From contig NC_087250.1 of the NCBI RefSeq assembly GCF_037042905.1, forward strand, positions 19,656,001 through 19,720,000: 64,000 nucleotides of DNA, given 5' to 3'. Both the position numbers and the translations under genes were made by a program. The notes beneath the pieces were generated by a model. That model had not been told where the DNA came from. It searched no databases and saw only the letters and a program-made list of their open reading frames with translations. Numbering within the stretch: position 1 is the stretch's first letter; every line of letters starts with the position of its first letter. This DNA is from Lytechinus pictus. Taxonomy: Eukaryota. Shown piece by piece: positions 62,225-64,000 of this stretch.

Positions 62225-63540
62225 CAGTGGCGTAGCTACGGGGGGGCCTGGGGGGCACGTGCCCCCCCTGAGATTTGGTGTGCCCCCCCAGAAAAAAATG
62301 GCAGAGCAAAAAAAAATTTAAAAAGGGAGAAAGAAGAAAAGAAAAAAGGAAAAGAAGAAGAAAGACAGAAGAAAAAAAAGAAGAAGAAAATAAGAGGAGG
62401 AAGACGAGTGAATGAAATAATGTAATTAAAAAACAAATCTCTTCATGTTACTATATAAAATTTTTGCTGGCGCTTCGCGCCAGAATTGCCTGTTCGATGA
62501 GATTCATATCTTGCTCGATAGGCTGATATGGAGCAAATTTTGAAGTCAATATGCAACAAATATTTTAGCTCGGACATCAAGCTTTTATTATTATTTTTTT
62601 CATTTACAAATTTAAGTGCTCTGTAAAATGTCCGTTTTATGGTCTACATATATCAGCATTTTAAGCTCAAGCTGCTTGGTCACATTGTTTGATTTGCGAA
62701 GTTCATATTGTCTACGTGTATTCCATAATGTTCCATTAAACAAATGTATTCAGAATGCCCAGATTCTATAGGTCTAAATCTACAACACGCGCGATAGCCT
62801 GCATGTTCTTTATTTAAAATGTACATGTACTTAAATTATCCAGTTTCACATCAGAATATCAATAATTGTCTGCTCACGCTTCACGATCGCATTATTAATG
62901 ATACCCCATTGACTATATCCTATTTATGATTTACAAAATGTGAATAGAGTGTCCCGCTTTTAGGTCTAAAATCTCAATTTCTTCCTCTCGCGCTTCGCGC
63001 TCGCATCAATTTTTTAGTTACATACCTATCCCATTTATTAATACAAAAAGTGCTTAGAATGATCATTTTTTAGGTCGGAATGTAAAAAAAATTTGCTCGC
63101 GCTTCGCGCTCGCATTATTGAAATATATACCGTCTTCGTGGGTAACTGTAAGCAGTCCTTAACAGGTCCCTTTTCGATAATGCTAGAACAGTTGATAAAA
63201 ATTTCTGTTCGCGCTTGGCGTTCGCAGTACCCATCTAGTTACATACGAATCTTGTTCAGGATCACACATAACATCGCCCAGAAAATTAGATTAAAAATAC
63301 ATGAAAGTAAAAAAAAAAATCGCTCGCGCTTCGCGCTCGCACTTTTTATTAGGCTTATGAGATTATTTCATGTTTATGTCGTTTTATAAGAATAAAACTA
63401 AGAAGTGACTGATATAGGTGAAGATAATTTCGCGCCCCGTTCCCTATTGACGAAAGTCGGATCCGCCCTTGTGACACATACGCACACACCGGAAAAATGG
63501 TCGGTGCCCCCCCGGGAAAAAAATCCTAGCTACGCCACTG
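62225..63540. mobile_element. 1.3 kb element with CAGTGGCGTAGCTA TIR and 8-bp TSD
   Basis: TSD TCTGGTAC (62217-62224, 63541-63548); homologue at 15983-17304. Confidence 0.92.
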
Positions 63541-63820
63541 TCTGGTACAGTTACATATATAAACTAAACTTTGTGAAATCTTGAAATCTACACTGAAAAA
63601 TGTTCAAACTGAAGATCACCAACACAGATAAGAGCACGTGGGACAGTAACCCAGAGAGCTCCCGCCCGCGCAGCGGGCGGGAGCCCAGAAGCTCACAGTG
63701 TATTCTACCATTGCCACCGAACAAGGGTGATTTATGGTCTAAATATTTCTCCAAATGAATTGTGAAAACAAAAAGTGTACAATTACCACGATTATATGGA
63801 TGAAGGTCTAGCGAGTGGCA

Positions 63821-64000
63821 GATTCCTGACATCTGAGCACAGTCTGGAACCTCAAAAAAACCAAAAGTTCTCTCCTTCTACCCAGTCTCGATCGGCCGTT
63901 TTGTTACGATTTTTAACAAAAATGGCCGATCGAGACGGGGTAGAAGCAGAGAACTTTTCGTTTTTTTGAGGTTCCAGACTGTGCTCAGATGTCAGGAATC
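63821..64000. repeat. Hairpin/palindrome running off the window end
   Basis: GATTCCTGACATCTGAGCACAGTCTGGAACCTC ... GAGGTTCCAGACTGTGCTCAGATGTCAGGAATC, axis near 63910. Confidence 0.88.

Overview
Eukaryotic, AT-rich, repeat-dominated window; the repeat repertoire and intron style suggest an echinoderm such as a sea urchin (inference, no database check). No intact long ORF, rRNA, true tRNA or CRISPR array is visible. Most of it is non-autonomous DNA transposons, many delimited by terminal inverted repeats (TIRs) and target-site duplications (TSDs) readable in the sequence: Tc1/mariner, hAT, Harbinger-like, Kolobok-like, Academ-like, IS3EU-like, P/hAT-like 8-bp-TSD and piggyBac-like types. They form a deeply nested ~23 kb pile (4176-27660). 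Also present are tRNA-derived SINEs and decayed LINE fragments (R4/Dong-like, RTE, CR1/L2 ORF1). One convincing host gene is visible on the minus strand: a signal-peptide exon (29696-29795) and a second exon (27737-27850) resembling the start of a YWTD beta-propeller (LRP-like) protein; its next exon was not found. The most unusual observations are transposase-less CA...TG elements with 8-bp TSDs carrying promoter-like DNA and apparent spliced mini-genes (one splices to a 49-57 aa putative membrane microprotein), a 3.9 kb palindromic element with a 6-bp TSD, and a 67-bp TIR-only element with its own TSD.
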